From Catajapyx aquilonaris (taxonomy: Eukaryota), in contig KZ538951.1 of NCBI GenBank assembly GCA_000934665.2, forward strand, positions 1 to 38,830: a DNA stretch of 38,830 nt, given 5' to 3'. Below, one piece after another: positions 23,190 through 35,925 of the stretch. The number at the start of each line of letters is the position of its first letter. Position 1 is the first letter of the stretch. Both the position numbers and the translations under genes were made by a program. The notes below the pieces were generated by a model. That model searched no databases. It was not told the origin of the DNA and saw nothing but the letters and a program-made list of their open reading frames with translations.

Positions 23190-24554
23190 CCTTAGAAATT
23201 AGGAATATTTTTGGAATGTTAGTTATACATTTGCTGGTTGTCTTTGTAAGGATCGGATGACTGAACCATGTTGTTCCAGTTGATTATCCATGCAGTGACT
23301 CCTGAGCAGAGAGAAGTGTATACAAGACTGTATTATATACCTCTACTTCTGTAAATAGGGATAGTGTGCATGTAATGTAATTATTATTATTACTTTTCTT
23401 AAGTGTAGGTGGCAAATTCTGTTTTGTTCAGACACTATGAACAAGCCCATGAAGGGTGCACGTGTGCACACCAAGAAGTGGCCATACACGCTGTTAATGT
23501 CATTACTTAATTATGTAGTAATACCTGGAAAGTTATAGGTTATAAGTTGTGGTAGTTTATAGAGCATTCCACTAGCACAATGAAAAGAGAAAATTTTCTC
23601 TTGAGATGGGTGTTGTTGACAATGAATGTGATAATTTTAAAGTGTGCATGGAAGTTGTGAATATTTACCATGATTTTATTTCTGTAGTTATTAGTTTAAT
23701 ATTGGACATTGCCATAATTGTCAAATTAGTGAAATTGGCATCCCAGTGCTATTTTTAAAATTAACACGGAGTGACTTGCTCTCCCTGGTTAAGAAATTTA
23801 ACTTCTGAGAGCATCTTCAATCACTATATTAGGAATTTGTAATGAAGAGAAGCTCATTAATTCTAATGTAAAATCGCTGAAATTAGACAGAAATTGCTCC
23901 ATTGTCAATTACAATGTTTCATTCCATTTCTGAAGGAGGGGTAAAAAGATATGTAGCAGAGTGCAATCTGAACTACTGCTAACAAAAGAAATGGATATCT
24001 GAAGGTATAACTCAAGTGTAATTTGTATACAGATAGTTTCTTAAATGATAAAGGGGTAATTCTCATGTTTTATGAGTTCCCATTGCATATCAAGAGGTAG
24101 AAAGAAACAATTTTGATAGTGAATCATGACAAGTGCACTTTAAAGGACCATCGTAATCAAAGCGCGATATTAAATGTAATCCCAGTGTAATATTTGACTT
24201 GGTGTCATAAATTTAGTTCCTGAAGTAGCTCTTACTAGAGGTGTAAATCTTTTAAATAGTTATTAAACGCTACTATTCTCTGTCTGTTAACCTGTCACAG
24301 CTGCATTATGCACTTGACAAACATTGTCAGCAATAAATGCCTCAAGGTAACCTGGTTGTATGAATTCAAGTTAAGAGAAAACTGTCTGTAGGTATACACC
24401 ATACCTAATCAGAAACATCCTCTTAATTTTGCCCATTCAATACAACTGGGACCTGAATGAATGACAAATCATCAGCATAAAAGCAATTTAATGATAAATT
24501 GAGTTAAATATATTTTGTTGAAGATTTTTTTTGTGAGGATTAGGGCACACAAGT

Positions 24555-24730
24555 GGGCAGCACAATGGTACATTGGTTAGCTCCGTGGCCTTCCACCACT
24601 GAGGTTTCCAGTTCAGCTCCCGGGTCAGACATAGGATTTTCTTTTGTGGAAAGAAGTTTGATGAGTTCTCTCCATATTTGCATGGGTTTTCTCAGGGTAC
24701 TCCCATTTCCTCCCACTCTCAAAATGCATC
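24555..24730 (+). mobile_element. Decayed tRNA-derived SINE with a V-SINE-like central domain (3' end undefined)
   Basis: Head GGGCAGCACAATGGTACATTGGTTAGC (degenerate A box), degenerate B box GTTCAGCTCCC, then GTTCTCTCCATATTTGCATGGGTTTTCTCAGGGTACTCCCATTTCCTCCCAC..AAAATGCA, which resembles the V-domain consensus as I recall it. Confidence 0.7.
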
Positions 24731-25923
24731 AGCAGCGCAGAAGTTGAATAATTTCGGGTATTTCAAAGAGGATCACCTAAGTGACCACACAGGTCTGTCA
24801 TAGGGTAGCTAATTATTATTATTGGTGCAAGTGCAACGTGAATGTAAGAAGGATATTGTTACAAATATGGAGAGCTGCTGGTATAAGATGTGATATTATA
24901 AGCTTAATAAACAATTCATCCATTGAAAAAATAGCAGTTGGATCAAAATTGGCAGATAACTTGAACAAAAAAAAATAAAAAAATCTGCTGTTGCTGTGGT
25001 GTGCTGCGAACTGATAACTAATTCTCAGCAAGGACTAGGGATCTGAACTGTGTGTGGAAGGCGTAGACTTTGGGGAAACGTGATTGACCTCGCACAATAA
25101 TCACAGCAAAGTATGGTGGCCTCTCTGCATTAATGGCTATGTGGTGTGTGCTGTTTTGTTGTTGTAATCAATTGTGGCAAGTGGCACAGAAAGAATATTT
25201 TCTCAAGACATACAAATGAAAGTTAGTCATTTGTGCATCACTAATGATAATAATATACACATAAAAAGAATGAACAAAATTATGTTTGGCTTGACTGGGA
25301 GAGGTATCAAAAAATTTGTGTGCCATATTATTGAGTGATTTATTTGATGTCAGAATTAATGATGTAATTGCTTTTTGATTGCAATCAACTGTTCTTTTAA
25401 ACCTGCATTCGTACATGATTTGTGGTAGGTGTTCTTGTTTTACTGCTTTTGTTGAGCAGTTCTTATAGTGAGACTGAAATATCATAGAGTATGGGCAGAG
25501 CTGGAATGAAATGTGTAAGGGCATTATTAGTTGTTATTGTTCTTTGTATTTTCTGGAATTTAATTCAGGTACAATAGGTTTACTAGTCATAATGTCAAGC
25601 GTCGAAAACATGTCAATTGTACAGAGTTGGTTTTATGAATACAGTTGTGTTATTTTATAATCTTTTGTTACACAGTCACTATTGTTTTACTAATTGCATT
25701 ATTTTTCACCTATGTAGCTTTATGAAAGCTCAGATTTGTAAATAAGAGCTTTTTTTGTTTCTTGTTTTTCACGTTGCTGTAAACAATGTCATGCTCAAGT
25801 TTGTACCAAAATTTATATGCACAATAGGAGGTTGTGGTGCTGGAGACAGGAGAGAGACAGGGAGGGAGAGAGAGGATATTGAATGTAAACCCTACTAATG
25901 AAAGCAATCTCACAAAATGAATG

Positions 25924-26100
25924 CAGTGAATACCTGCCTGTAATGGACCCTCGATTCAGTGGAACATTTTCCATTACTGAATATTTGGTTGGTCCCAGAC
26001 ATGGAATTTGAAATGTATTTTGTTTATGGAAAGGAATCACCTTCGGTAATAAAAACTTCCATGGAACAGAGCAATTCCACTACAGACAGGTTTCAACGTG
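25924..26100. mobile_element. Degenerate Tc1/mariner-type MITE
   Basis: Imperfect TIRs CAGTGAATACCTGCCTGTAATGGA ... TCCACTACAGACAGGTTTCAACGTG|TA. Confidence 0.45.
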
Positions 26101-27151
26101 TAGTAACTTTTATATGTTACTGTATAAACCAATGTGAACTGATTTTGGGACCAAATGTATCTGGCTTCTTCATTTTTTTTATTTTTTATTGTGGGGGGAT
26201 TGGTTTTCCTCTTATACAGAGACTTTCTTTTCCGTACCTGTATTGACAATCAAAGTGCCTAATTGATAAAAAATTATAAAAGAATCTGCAAGAAGATTCA
26301 TTGAATCCATCGAAATTACATATTTCAAGTGATTATTTTTGCAGATGGCTGTCATGCCATCTTATCATGGTCCATTATTTTATAAGAGAAATTCCAGAAA
26401 ATTTACACAACAATGTGGCAATTGGAAAAATGAAGTTCTGAAATGATGAAGGATTCAATGAATGATCCTGCACTAGAAATTATGTTCCTACACATGTGCC
26501 TTGCTTGGCATAGCAAATATATTATGGTAATTGATTTAATTGGCCATTCGGTTTTGTTTATAACTGTTGAACAGACTGTCACCTGGTGATTTAAAAGGAG
26601 CCAGACAGGCAATGTAAGGCAGTTATGGACAGAACCTGTTGCATTATTACAGTCATGTTTTGTTACTGTACCTGATGAAGTGGTGATGAATTCAGAGGAT
26701 TAGTTATGGAATTATTTTGTGAGCAATAATTGAGTCAAAGTGGGTGGACTTGATGTGACACCACAAACCCCATTTTATGTATAGTCTTATTTCTATATTC
26801 ATGTATCAATTTTAAAAATAAATAATGTAAAAAAGTATTTCCTTTGAAATTTAATACCACTAAAGGATGGCCCTTATTTTACAAACAACATTGCTAATGT
26901 GTATGGATTTATTTTGCCAAAGTAAAGAATTACAAAAGAAGGTAATCTACTATTCATAGCAAGCATTTTGCATGTTTCAAATTGACAGGAAACTTATGTA
27001 CAGAATATGCACCTTTAGGAAATGCAATGTGTAGCGCAGCAACCATTTGTACAATATTTGCAACTCCTCCCTGAGAAAAAAAAATTAACAAAAGACATCA
27101 AATTTGGCAATGTGGACTCTCACAGAATGCTGCTAGCAGACAATTATTTGT

Positions 27152-30100
27152 CTACATAAGTTCTGCTGAAGGCACATACGAGAATCCCATGAAAGCAGCT
27201 TCAGCTTCCTTCACAAAACTTGCATTCCCTGCAACGCCATTTTGTTGAGACTTGGTGATTGAGCTTGGGATAGTTTCCTTAGTGAACTCAGGATCAATAT
27301 TCCTGAGATCAAGCTGCCCATTCTGGTGAAGAAGAAGAGTATGTTTAGGTCTCCACATCAATTGCTTTTTAGCACCGATTCATACACAGTCGACTCGGGA
27401 TATAACAGCCTCAGCTATAACAGACTGCACCTGAAAGGCTGGTCCCGCCATACTTCCATACTGTATGTGGCCAATGTATTTGGCTATAACAGTTATATCC
27501 AGAGTCTACTACTGCATTAGATTTGGGAAGAAGTAAAGTAGTTTCTGTACAATTAACAGCTGTTGCATCAAAACCTAATACAGTACAACCCCGATTGTCT
27601 GTCACCCAACGGACTGGGGCATCATTGGATAACCAAAAAGGACGGATAATCTGAGTAGTAAAAAAACTTTCATAAAACACAACAAAAAACATGAAAACAT
27701 GAAATAATGTATACAATGTTATGGTTTTCTATGAAATAGTGAAGTATTTTTCTTTTACAAACACACTAGACTGTATACTGTATTTACAAATTTAGGAAGT
27801 CAAAACAAACAAATGCATAGAACATTACTGTATTTCATGAGAACACAGATTTATTGCCGGAGCGGGACGGTCAGATAAACTGAGGAGTCGGATAATCTGG
27901 GTTCTACTGTAACAGTAATGTCTACCGTTAGTAAAGAAATTATACAATTTTACCTGCTCTTTCAAGTTCAATGGTAATTTAACCCTCAGAGACCAGCAAC
28001 CCTTGACATTGGCGGAGGGTAGATGGGCGAGAAAGCTTGGCATGTTGATACGCCGGCGATGTGACTGTTATATTTTAGATCAACGGATGAAATGTAGGCA
28101 TGGTTATTTTTTTCTAACAGAGGACAATGTGTCTCAGACTCTGACGTGCCAAAATTTTGTTCACCACCTTTCAAAACAAGGTTATTTTTTGAAACAACAA
28201 AGGGCAGCAAGTCTGTGACTCTGGCTTTCCTGTTTGGCCGCCCGCTAAGCCTAGTGCGGTGGTCAGCATCTGCGGTGGTCAGCATCTGCGATGCTTGGCC
28301 GCCAACTTTCAAAGCAGTGCAGATGCACTGGTTGGGTCGGGTTGGTTATGCCAATATGTTTCAATATTTATTGATGGAATTTGTAAATTAGGGGTATAGA
28401 CTATCACTCTGAGAAATTTGGATAAGTCCTGATGATTTTTAACTTGAGAAATATGGGTTTCAATATTCCATTCCATCCATGTGCAACACAGGATCATAGA
28501 TTCAAAATGGCTGACATGGTCACATGACCCCCAAATTTGTGTAATTTATATATTTTTTTGAAATGCTCGAAGTCTAAAGTATAACTTTAACTTAACGATG
28601 TATAACTTTCCTAGATATCTTTCATTGTAACATTGTTTTGGGAGTCACAAGGACTTCACTAAAAGGCTTTAAAAAAAACCTCACGAAAAGGCTTGCCGGG
28701 CTCTGAGGGTTAAAGGGCTTCTTCACCAGTCAAATAATAAAAATTATTTACCAGCTGTGGTGCATATGGTGGTTTGATCCTCTTCCTCACCAATTCATCC
28801 CAGTCAATTGGCTTGAAGAATTCATGTGATTTTATGTCCTCAAAATCTGCTTCACCTGCACCCAACCTCAACTTTTTGTCCTTCTGTAGCAGCTGAAATC
28901 ACAGATAGGTTTCTTTTGGGTTTCTCACAACTGAAAGGGCTCTGCAGTAGAAGTGTTTGTATCCCAGAAAATCTCTAGGCTAATACTGTCCTACGACCAA
29001 GGAGTGAACAGGCTGTGACTTACCCCTTGCAGAATGTTCCTAGCAGCAGGAGACACGGTGTCATACAGTCGGAGAGGTTTGTGCAGGATGTTGTCATACA
29101 TCTCAGACACGTTTCGACTGTAGAAGGGTGGCAGGCCATGCATCATCTCATACAGGACAGCTCCTAAGCACCACCAGTCCACAGACATATCATAGGGCTG
29201 AGAAATAAGAAAATATCAGTAACTATTAACGGACATTATTGGTTTTGTGCTGCTTAGAAAGCACAGTCTTGAAAATTCAATTTGCCCTAGATATTTTGTA
29301 GCTCACCTTCAAAACCCAGCCAATTGTTCTTTGAAAAGTAGTGTCAGGTACTGATGAAAGGATGTGGGTGGGACAGAAAGGGTCGAACTTTGTCCTAGCT
29401 ACAGCACTGGATTTCCCATTATGCAGAGAAGGCAATTGCCTGGGGGCAGCCCCAAGTTGGAATATATATATATATTTTTTAAATAAATAAAATAAATTAA
29501 AACAACGGCGAGAACACAGGACAAAAATGGAATTTTCAAGCCACACATGGGGCGAGGGGGGCGGCAGATCTCAACTGCCTAAGGGTGGCCGGGGGGTAAA
29601 TCCGCTGTAACATTTAAGCACTACCATCCTGTCATCTTAGTCAAGCAAGAAGGTGTCGACTCTTTCTTTCACTTACATCCAAGTGCAGTACTGTCCTGTA
29701 CATGTTGTCAATAATTTTAGATGGGAATAGACACAACATTGCAACTCACAAGCCTCAGAAAAGTATCAACCATTTCAAAACCTATAATTTGTTACAAATA
29801 CATCAATATTAAAGACCACTGTGTGTCTCAGGCTTGGAAAAGGTCTTGCATGACCTGTACATACACATGGGTATTACATGGCTAAGATAAGCCAGATGAT
29901 TTCACAATATAAACCAAGGGCACTTTCAGACCTGTCTGGATGCCTATCAGATCACATGCCTAATTTATGAGGTGATAAGTTCTAACTACAAAAATTATAC
30001 TGCAATTAATACTGTATCTCAGTGACAAACTAAGACCCCAATAAAATTTCAATGTTACTTTCTGTTAGCCACTTGATAAAATTTATAAATCCGCCTCGGC

Positions 30101-33100
30101 AAAGAACCCTTTTTCATGTAATTACAAGTCAAACTTGAGATCTTTTTAATTTCATTAACCTAACCTAATCTGTCTTGATAACCTTGGCATAAGAACTTGA
30201 TATTTTCAGCTTCAAGTGATTCAACCTCCACTACCACATCACATAATCTGTCTCTCCCAAGCTACATGTACCTCTTCATCATCAACAACAGCAACGACCA
30301 CATGCATCATCACACATAGCAACTATACACTTGGAATACACTACCTTCCTAAACAGGGAACAACTTACCTGTTTTTTAAGTATCTCTGGGGCAAGATATT
30401 CTGGTGTCCCACAAAAGGTGTCTATTGTGTCACAGGTCCTGAGGCCCTCCTTGCAGAGCCCGAAATCTGTCAGCCTCAGATGCCCCTCTGAGTCCAGCAG
30501 AATGTTCTCAGGCTTCAAATCCCTGTAGACCACACCTCTTGAGTGCAAATATCCTATGGCTGAGGCAAGTTCTGCCCCGTAGAATTTAGCCCTGGCCTCA
30601 GGAAAGCATCTTTCCCGCTGCAGGTGGAAGAAGAGCTCTCCCCCATTGACATAGTCCAAAACAAAGTAGAGCTTATCTGCTGTCTGGAAACTGAAGTGAA
30701 GCCCAACCAGGAAGGGGTGATTCATGTTCTGTAGAAGGACGTTGCGTTCTGCCATGATGTGGCGGGATTCATTTCGCTGTAGGATGGCACTCTTCTGCAA
30801 GACCTTCACTGCATACAGGCGGCGGTCATCCCCAGAATGGTGACGAGCCAGAAGGACTCTTCCAAAACTGCCCTTCCCAATCACCTTCAGAAATTCAAAA
30901 TCACTTGGTCGGACTCTGCGGCAGAGAAAAACAAAAATTACAACTGAGCCTGAGCTGTGTGATAACTTGTCCATATAACACCACAGAGCAGGCGAGGTAA
31001 ATTGATGGCAACCAATTCATAAAATGTGGCACTGGATTATGGTTATCTTACTTCACTGAGGACTTCTTAACTGTTCGAATTTATCACTATTATGTAGTTC
31101 ACATGTCATATGGGGTACAAATGACACTTTCAGATACCATGATACAGTACACTCCAGCTGTCCAGGATCTTTCTGTCTGTCAAAGTGTTGAAGTACTTCC
31201 TGACCAACATGAAAGAGTTTTCGGAAGAACTTACATCTCTGTGGCAGTTACTTTTTAACCACATTGAGTAACAGGAAAACTACCCACTGAAGCACCTTTT
31301 ACCATGGCATCACTTCCATCCAGTTGAAGGATTGATATTTTTCTAGGGGTTAGCCACTCTCCACCTTGAAGGGTAAACCTGATTATGAATAATCATTTTT
31401 CATAAGACAGCACCAGAGTCTATTTGTGATTACACAACCAAGTGTACCAGTTATTGTGTGAGTGGTCAATCCCTAATGAAATACTCATTATAAGGAGTGC
31501 CAGAAACTTCCCCAGCATGAAATTATAATTCACACACGTAACATGTTGTTAGACCAAAATATTTGCATTACAAGGTCATGTGTCACTTGTAGTAGCTATT
31601 TTTAGTTTCTTAGGCAAATATTAAATCAATGTTATTTGCTTCCTTAAATGTGGATTTGATGACAGCACCATGGAAAATCTCTTATCACAATGCAAAGAGA
31701 GATAATGAATTGGAAATTCCATGGGAACTCACAAACAGATAAAGCCATTAGTGATAGTGTTGGTGGTGATGTTAAATCCCCTACGTATCATGAGCAGGAC
31801 AGGTTACAAGTTACAATCTCAGACTGCTAGCAACCTACAAACTTCAACGTCACAAGTTTGGTTACGAACCCAGTCCACTTGAAACTGACTTGTGAGATGC
31901 GGCTGTGATATACTAAGCAATTATGGGAATTTATGGGCATTTTAATGCATCAAAAATGAACATTACAATAGGAAAATCAAGCATGATAAAAAGGTTCCAA
32001 CTTCCACAGCATTAAAATCATGCAACTAGAATTATCATAGCACGTCAGTTCAGCCTACAGTCAGACACTCTTTCATCATCCCACTATTGCCAGTGTGTTC
32101 ATTCCTCAGTTCATTCACACAGACAGAATTTAGAGGAAATTCCTTCCATGTGATCGTCATTTGGCAACATCAACCATTAAGACTTGCTGCATTAAGATAC
32201 TGACCTATATGTTATCATGACTACAAATTCATGCTTGTCATGAAAAGAGGGCACATGGTTTGGAAACCTTCCTGCACTACTTTGATTCTCGCATTTTGAT
32301 GGGCTAGTCACATCATCATCAGCAAAAAAAAAGGTCATAAATCTGGCCCACTTGTGTACTCCCTTTGCCCCTCCCATAGCTGCAGACTAACAACTACTAT
32401 AACTCATAGCATGCCTACACTTTTCCTTATAGCTACTAGTAGTACTAGTAAAAAAACTAACATTTCATAACTGATCCATGTCGCTAACTACTGGTACTGT
32501 GACATATCATACAGCCAAACTACTACTCACTGTGCTCTCTCAGAAGGTCCTAAATCTATTTTGGCCCTCTCTGGAACCTCAGAATCAGTTGTGTCAGTCT
32601 CTGTTTCAATGCTTTCCTCAGAACCAGAGTGACTCTTTTCAATTTGCAAGAAGTCCTGAACTTCAGACCTGGTAAAACAGCAAACGTTAGTATAACTAAT
32701 GTAGTACTTGATTTCTCATGTAAGATGAAACTTCACATACTGCAGGAAAAGTCGCTCATCTGCCAATGTTTGTTGCAAAAAATCATCTAGCCCTTCCTTC
32801 CTTGAGCGGATAAAGAGAGGATCAAAGTTGTTCCCAAAGAGGCGCTTCCCTGGGAATTTGAACTGCATGTCTGGAACCTTTGTAAAAACAGGTCCAATGA
32901 TAGTAACATAAAGGCACATCGGCCAATCAACTGAAGTTCAAAACGTATAACCTACCTTTTTCCTGAGCTTCTCATAGAGTCGGTAGAACTCGTTGTACCT
33001 TTTGAACAGGAACCAAGTGTCATCACCGCTTGTAATTAATATCTTGTACACCTGCCAGAAATGACGGAAATGTCTTTAGTACACAACTGACTGTGAGTCA

Positions 33101-33237
33101 ATCTACTCCAAACTCTCTCATCACATTAATTTTAAATCTCCATTAATTAACAACGTGTTACTTGTACTTACTGTGTATTTCTTATTCTTCTGCCAGAGCT
33201 CAGTGCTTGTCACACTGACAGTTGGCCTTCCAGTCAT
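27152..33237 (-). CDS. SGK3: Serum/glucocorticoid-regulated kinase with N-terminal PX domain (SGK3/CISK type), 8 coding exons, about 489 aa
   Basis: Exons 33237-33172, 33051-32956, 32877-32741, 32668-32531, 30915-30369, 29197-29024, 28892-28752 and 27322-27152 are all GT-AG and total 1470 nt in frame. Motifs include PX ([30 protein letters not shown]), IDLGPSE, kinase GKGSFG / YAVKVLQK / YRDLKPEN / DFGLCKE / [12 protein letters not shown] and hydrophobic motif FMGFSY. Confidence 0.96.
27387..27514. mobile_element. Short pogo/Tigger-like MITE in the last SGK intron
   Basis: CAGTCGACTCGGGATATAAC ... GTTATATCCAGAGTCTACT(ACT)G. The TSD has decayed. Confidence 0.6.
27581..27909. mobile_element. 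pogo/Tigger-like MITE in the last SGK intron
   Basis: TA|CAGTACAACCCCGATTGTCTG ... CGGATAATCTGGGTTCTACTG|TA. Confidence 0.8.
27983..28709. mobile_element. Second family of TTAA-specific piggyBac-like non-autonomous element
   Basis: TTAA|CCCTCAGAGACCAGCAA ... TTGCCGGGCTCTGAGGG|TTAA (17-bp TIR, 2 mismatches), with an internal tandem GGTGGTCAGCATCTGC x2. Confidence 0.85.
29402..29607. mobile_element. Degenerate hAT-like MITE
   Basis: CAGCACTGGATTTCCC ... GGGTAAATCCGCTG imperfect ends, with subterminal GCCTGGGGGC / GCCTAAGGGTGGC motifs. No clear TSD. Confidence 0.45.
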
Positions 33238-35373
33238 TGTTACCTGTCAAGCGAAGGATTCAGTGAAAAAATATCACAATCACAAAACTTGTGTGCATAT
33301 CCTTTCAAAAGTATCAGATTGACACCTCCCCCAAAATCAGATCTAGTTACAAGGGATGTGTACATGTGTAGACATCTACTGCAATGCTACACGGATCTGA
33401 TAAGTCTTGCATGTCTGTGACGGGTGACCATGCTTATCTGCTGTGTACATACGACAAGCCAAAGAGCATGTAAGTGTGGCATATGGCTATGTGACAGTGG
33501 GTAAGGAAAATATCCCTGTACTTAGAGGGAAGGGAGCAAGGAAGATTGCTGCCTATGAACTGTGACCTCCGGGGTGGGTCGGATAAGATAGAAACAATTG
33601 GCGATAAGCAGCATCTGGTGAGTGTTGCAAAAAATGAATTGCAGTGGGGTTTTAATCTCAATGACCTTAAAATGGAGGACACTCTGCCTGTTACTGTTAA
33701 GCAATAATAATAATATTATTTTTTTAAACGAGCTTATCACAGTGGAAAATTGCAGGCATAACACATGAAGAAATAATTCAATGGGCAAGAATTACCATAT
33801 TTTTTTTACAATCAACGCAATATTTTCTTCCTGTTAATGTCAGAAATTTACAACTACACTAATTTAGAGACCCCATGAATTTTCACATGCCCCAAGGCAC
33901 GTGTTATTATTTTGGAACACGTTCAATTGGGTATCACCATGTCAGCTGGTATTTACATTTATTTGCAATAGCATAAAATCATATCCAGAATACCATTCAA
34001 AAGAAATGAGGGGAATAAGACCTGCCCATAAATGGGTAAGCCCTAGTCCTTCACCTCAAACTAAACAAATGAAGTTGTATGGCTCTTCCTTGACATTTTT
34101 CCAGAGACCATGGCATAGCAAAGCCAAGGCAGTATGTATTTAAATTATAGAAAATATTACAAATGCAATTACTATTAGAAATCATCTTATAGTAGCCAAC
34201 CTTTGCCACACTACTGTAAGTTTTTTATTAGCACATTCACAAATGTTCTGTTGAAAGGCCAACACTATAGATCACCTTGGGGTGAACCCAGAGGTAATCC
34301 TTCCAACAAGTGCAGAGATTCAATCTGCAATGAATGCATCCACGTGTGGTTTTTAATATCTGCATAAAATTATCCATTATCACCTGATAAAATAATGAGG
34401 TCAATATCCACCATTACAAATACGGTATTATTTTTTCTATCAAAAACTGACATTTCTGTGCAGGCATGTGACTTTCACCCTTACTAGATTTTGAGTTACG
34501 GTCTTCTTGCATCTGATGGCAGATTTGTCAGTGAGATAGCTTATTGGATAATGTATGTGTAGAGTGTGTTTGTTCATGTCATTAATTTAATTATCGTCAA
34601 ACTCATCATAGCCTTTGCGTGTACCTGACCAGTCACCATAGGTTTGTCATATCCGGTCAAACGAGATGGCAAGGTGTTGTGTACATTACGTCATCACTGG
34701 CTACCCCATGCTTGGGACAATATCGTGAAGAAATGAATGCATGAATTTAAAAATACCAAGCTGATATACGGCAAGCTCGTACAGCATACTTGTAAAATAC
34801 TTGCAAAAATAATTTTTGCTCTCATCCCCTCCTTGTCTGAAAGATGAAATAAACCCAGTATAGCCTACTGAATGTGCTGTCAAAACTGGAGAGGTTTTTG
34901 ATCCAGGTAATATTTCTATCTTAAATGATGGTTTACTACTGTGGCTACTGTGTATTATGACTGTTACTGCTGAAAAATGTACTGACTGCCACTGACGTCC
35001 ATAAATATACGGTACTGTAATAAATAATATACTAGCAAAAACTCATGCTTGTATGATTAGTCATCACTCATCAGTTAATCATCCTCATTATTTTTCTGAT
35101 TGTTTGAAATTTCTCCAATCAATAAATAAAGGCCGCCGATCGTATCAAATGGGATGGCAGCTCACCACGTAATAATTAATACCCCATATCATCAACGCTG
35201 CCTTATGTCATCCTAATAAGCCAGCAGTGCACTCCTCCTGGCATGCATAAATTACTCCCAGCTGCAGCATGATCATAATAAACTGACACACCAGAGGGGT
35301 CGTCAAAGAATGCATCCCACGAAGTGTTACAGGGTTATTCCCCTGAATGCGAAAATAATAATGATAAAAGTAC

Positions 35374-35925
35374 CTGCGCTGCTGCTGCCTGTGGACCGGA
35401 ACGCACGGGATGGATTTGTCTCAGATGTATCAGAGATGATTAAACTACTGCATGTTGGGCGGCATGGGTATAGGGAGGGAGGGAGGGGAGGGACGAGAGA
35501 GAGAGAGTCCCGCACAGAAGGCGCAGAAGACGCTGTAGACAGCCCCGGACCTCTCCCAGCGGCTGAGTGACAGATGGGCCACTGAGGAGAATTGGCAACG
35601 ATGTGCGGCAGAAGATTCAAGATTGTGACGTCATTTGGATGCAACATGGATGCACCCACTAAAGCCCGTCATGTTGAGTCCGTCTGAGTGTACGACTTGG
35701 TGCTCCATCTGCTGAGCCTTTTAGGTAACACGCGAATAGATAAGCTGAGGAGGCCGACCGTAGGGATGTGCCACCTGTTGGGAAATTTGGCTACTCCCTC
35801 TCCATACAGTTGATTGAAGAAACGTGTTTCCCAGGCCTGAGCGTGGGGCAGGGGCTACTGCCGTACTTCTACTTGGGAAGAGTCTGAACTTCTGAAGGAG
35901 CGTTGCTACCAGTGACCAGTCCGAC
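35374..35925. promoter_or_regulatory. CpG-rich bidirectional promoter for SGK (probable non-coding first exon on -) and UTP11
   Basis: Minus-strand donor CAG|GTACTT at 35374/35373 could supply the SGK acceptor at 33243. There is a CRE palindrome TGACGTCA at 35626-35633 and the UTP11 ATG is at 35926. Confidence 0.55.

Noticed and set aside
31230..31320. Alternative PX-less (SGK1-like) first exon using the GTAAGT donor near 31234 on -
   Set aside because: The frame that fits the kinase exon has an in-frame TAA between its ATG and the donor.
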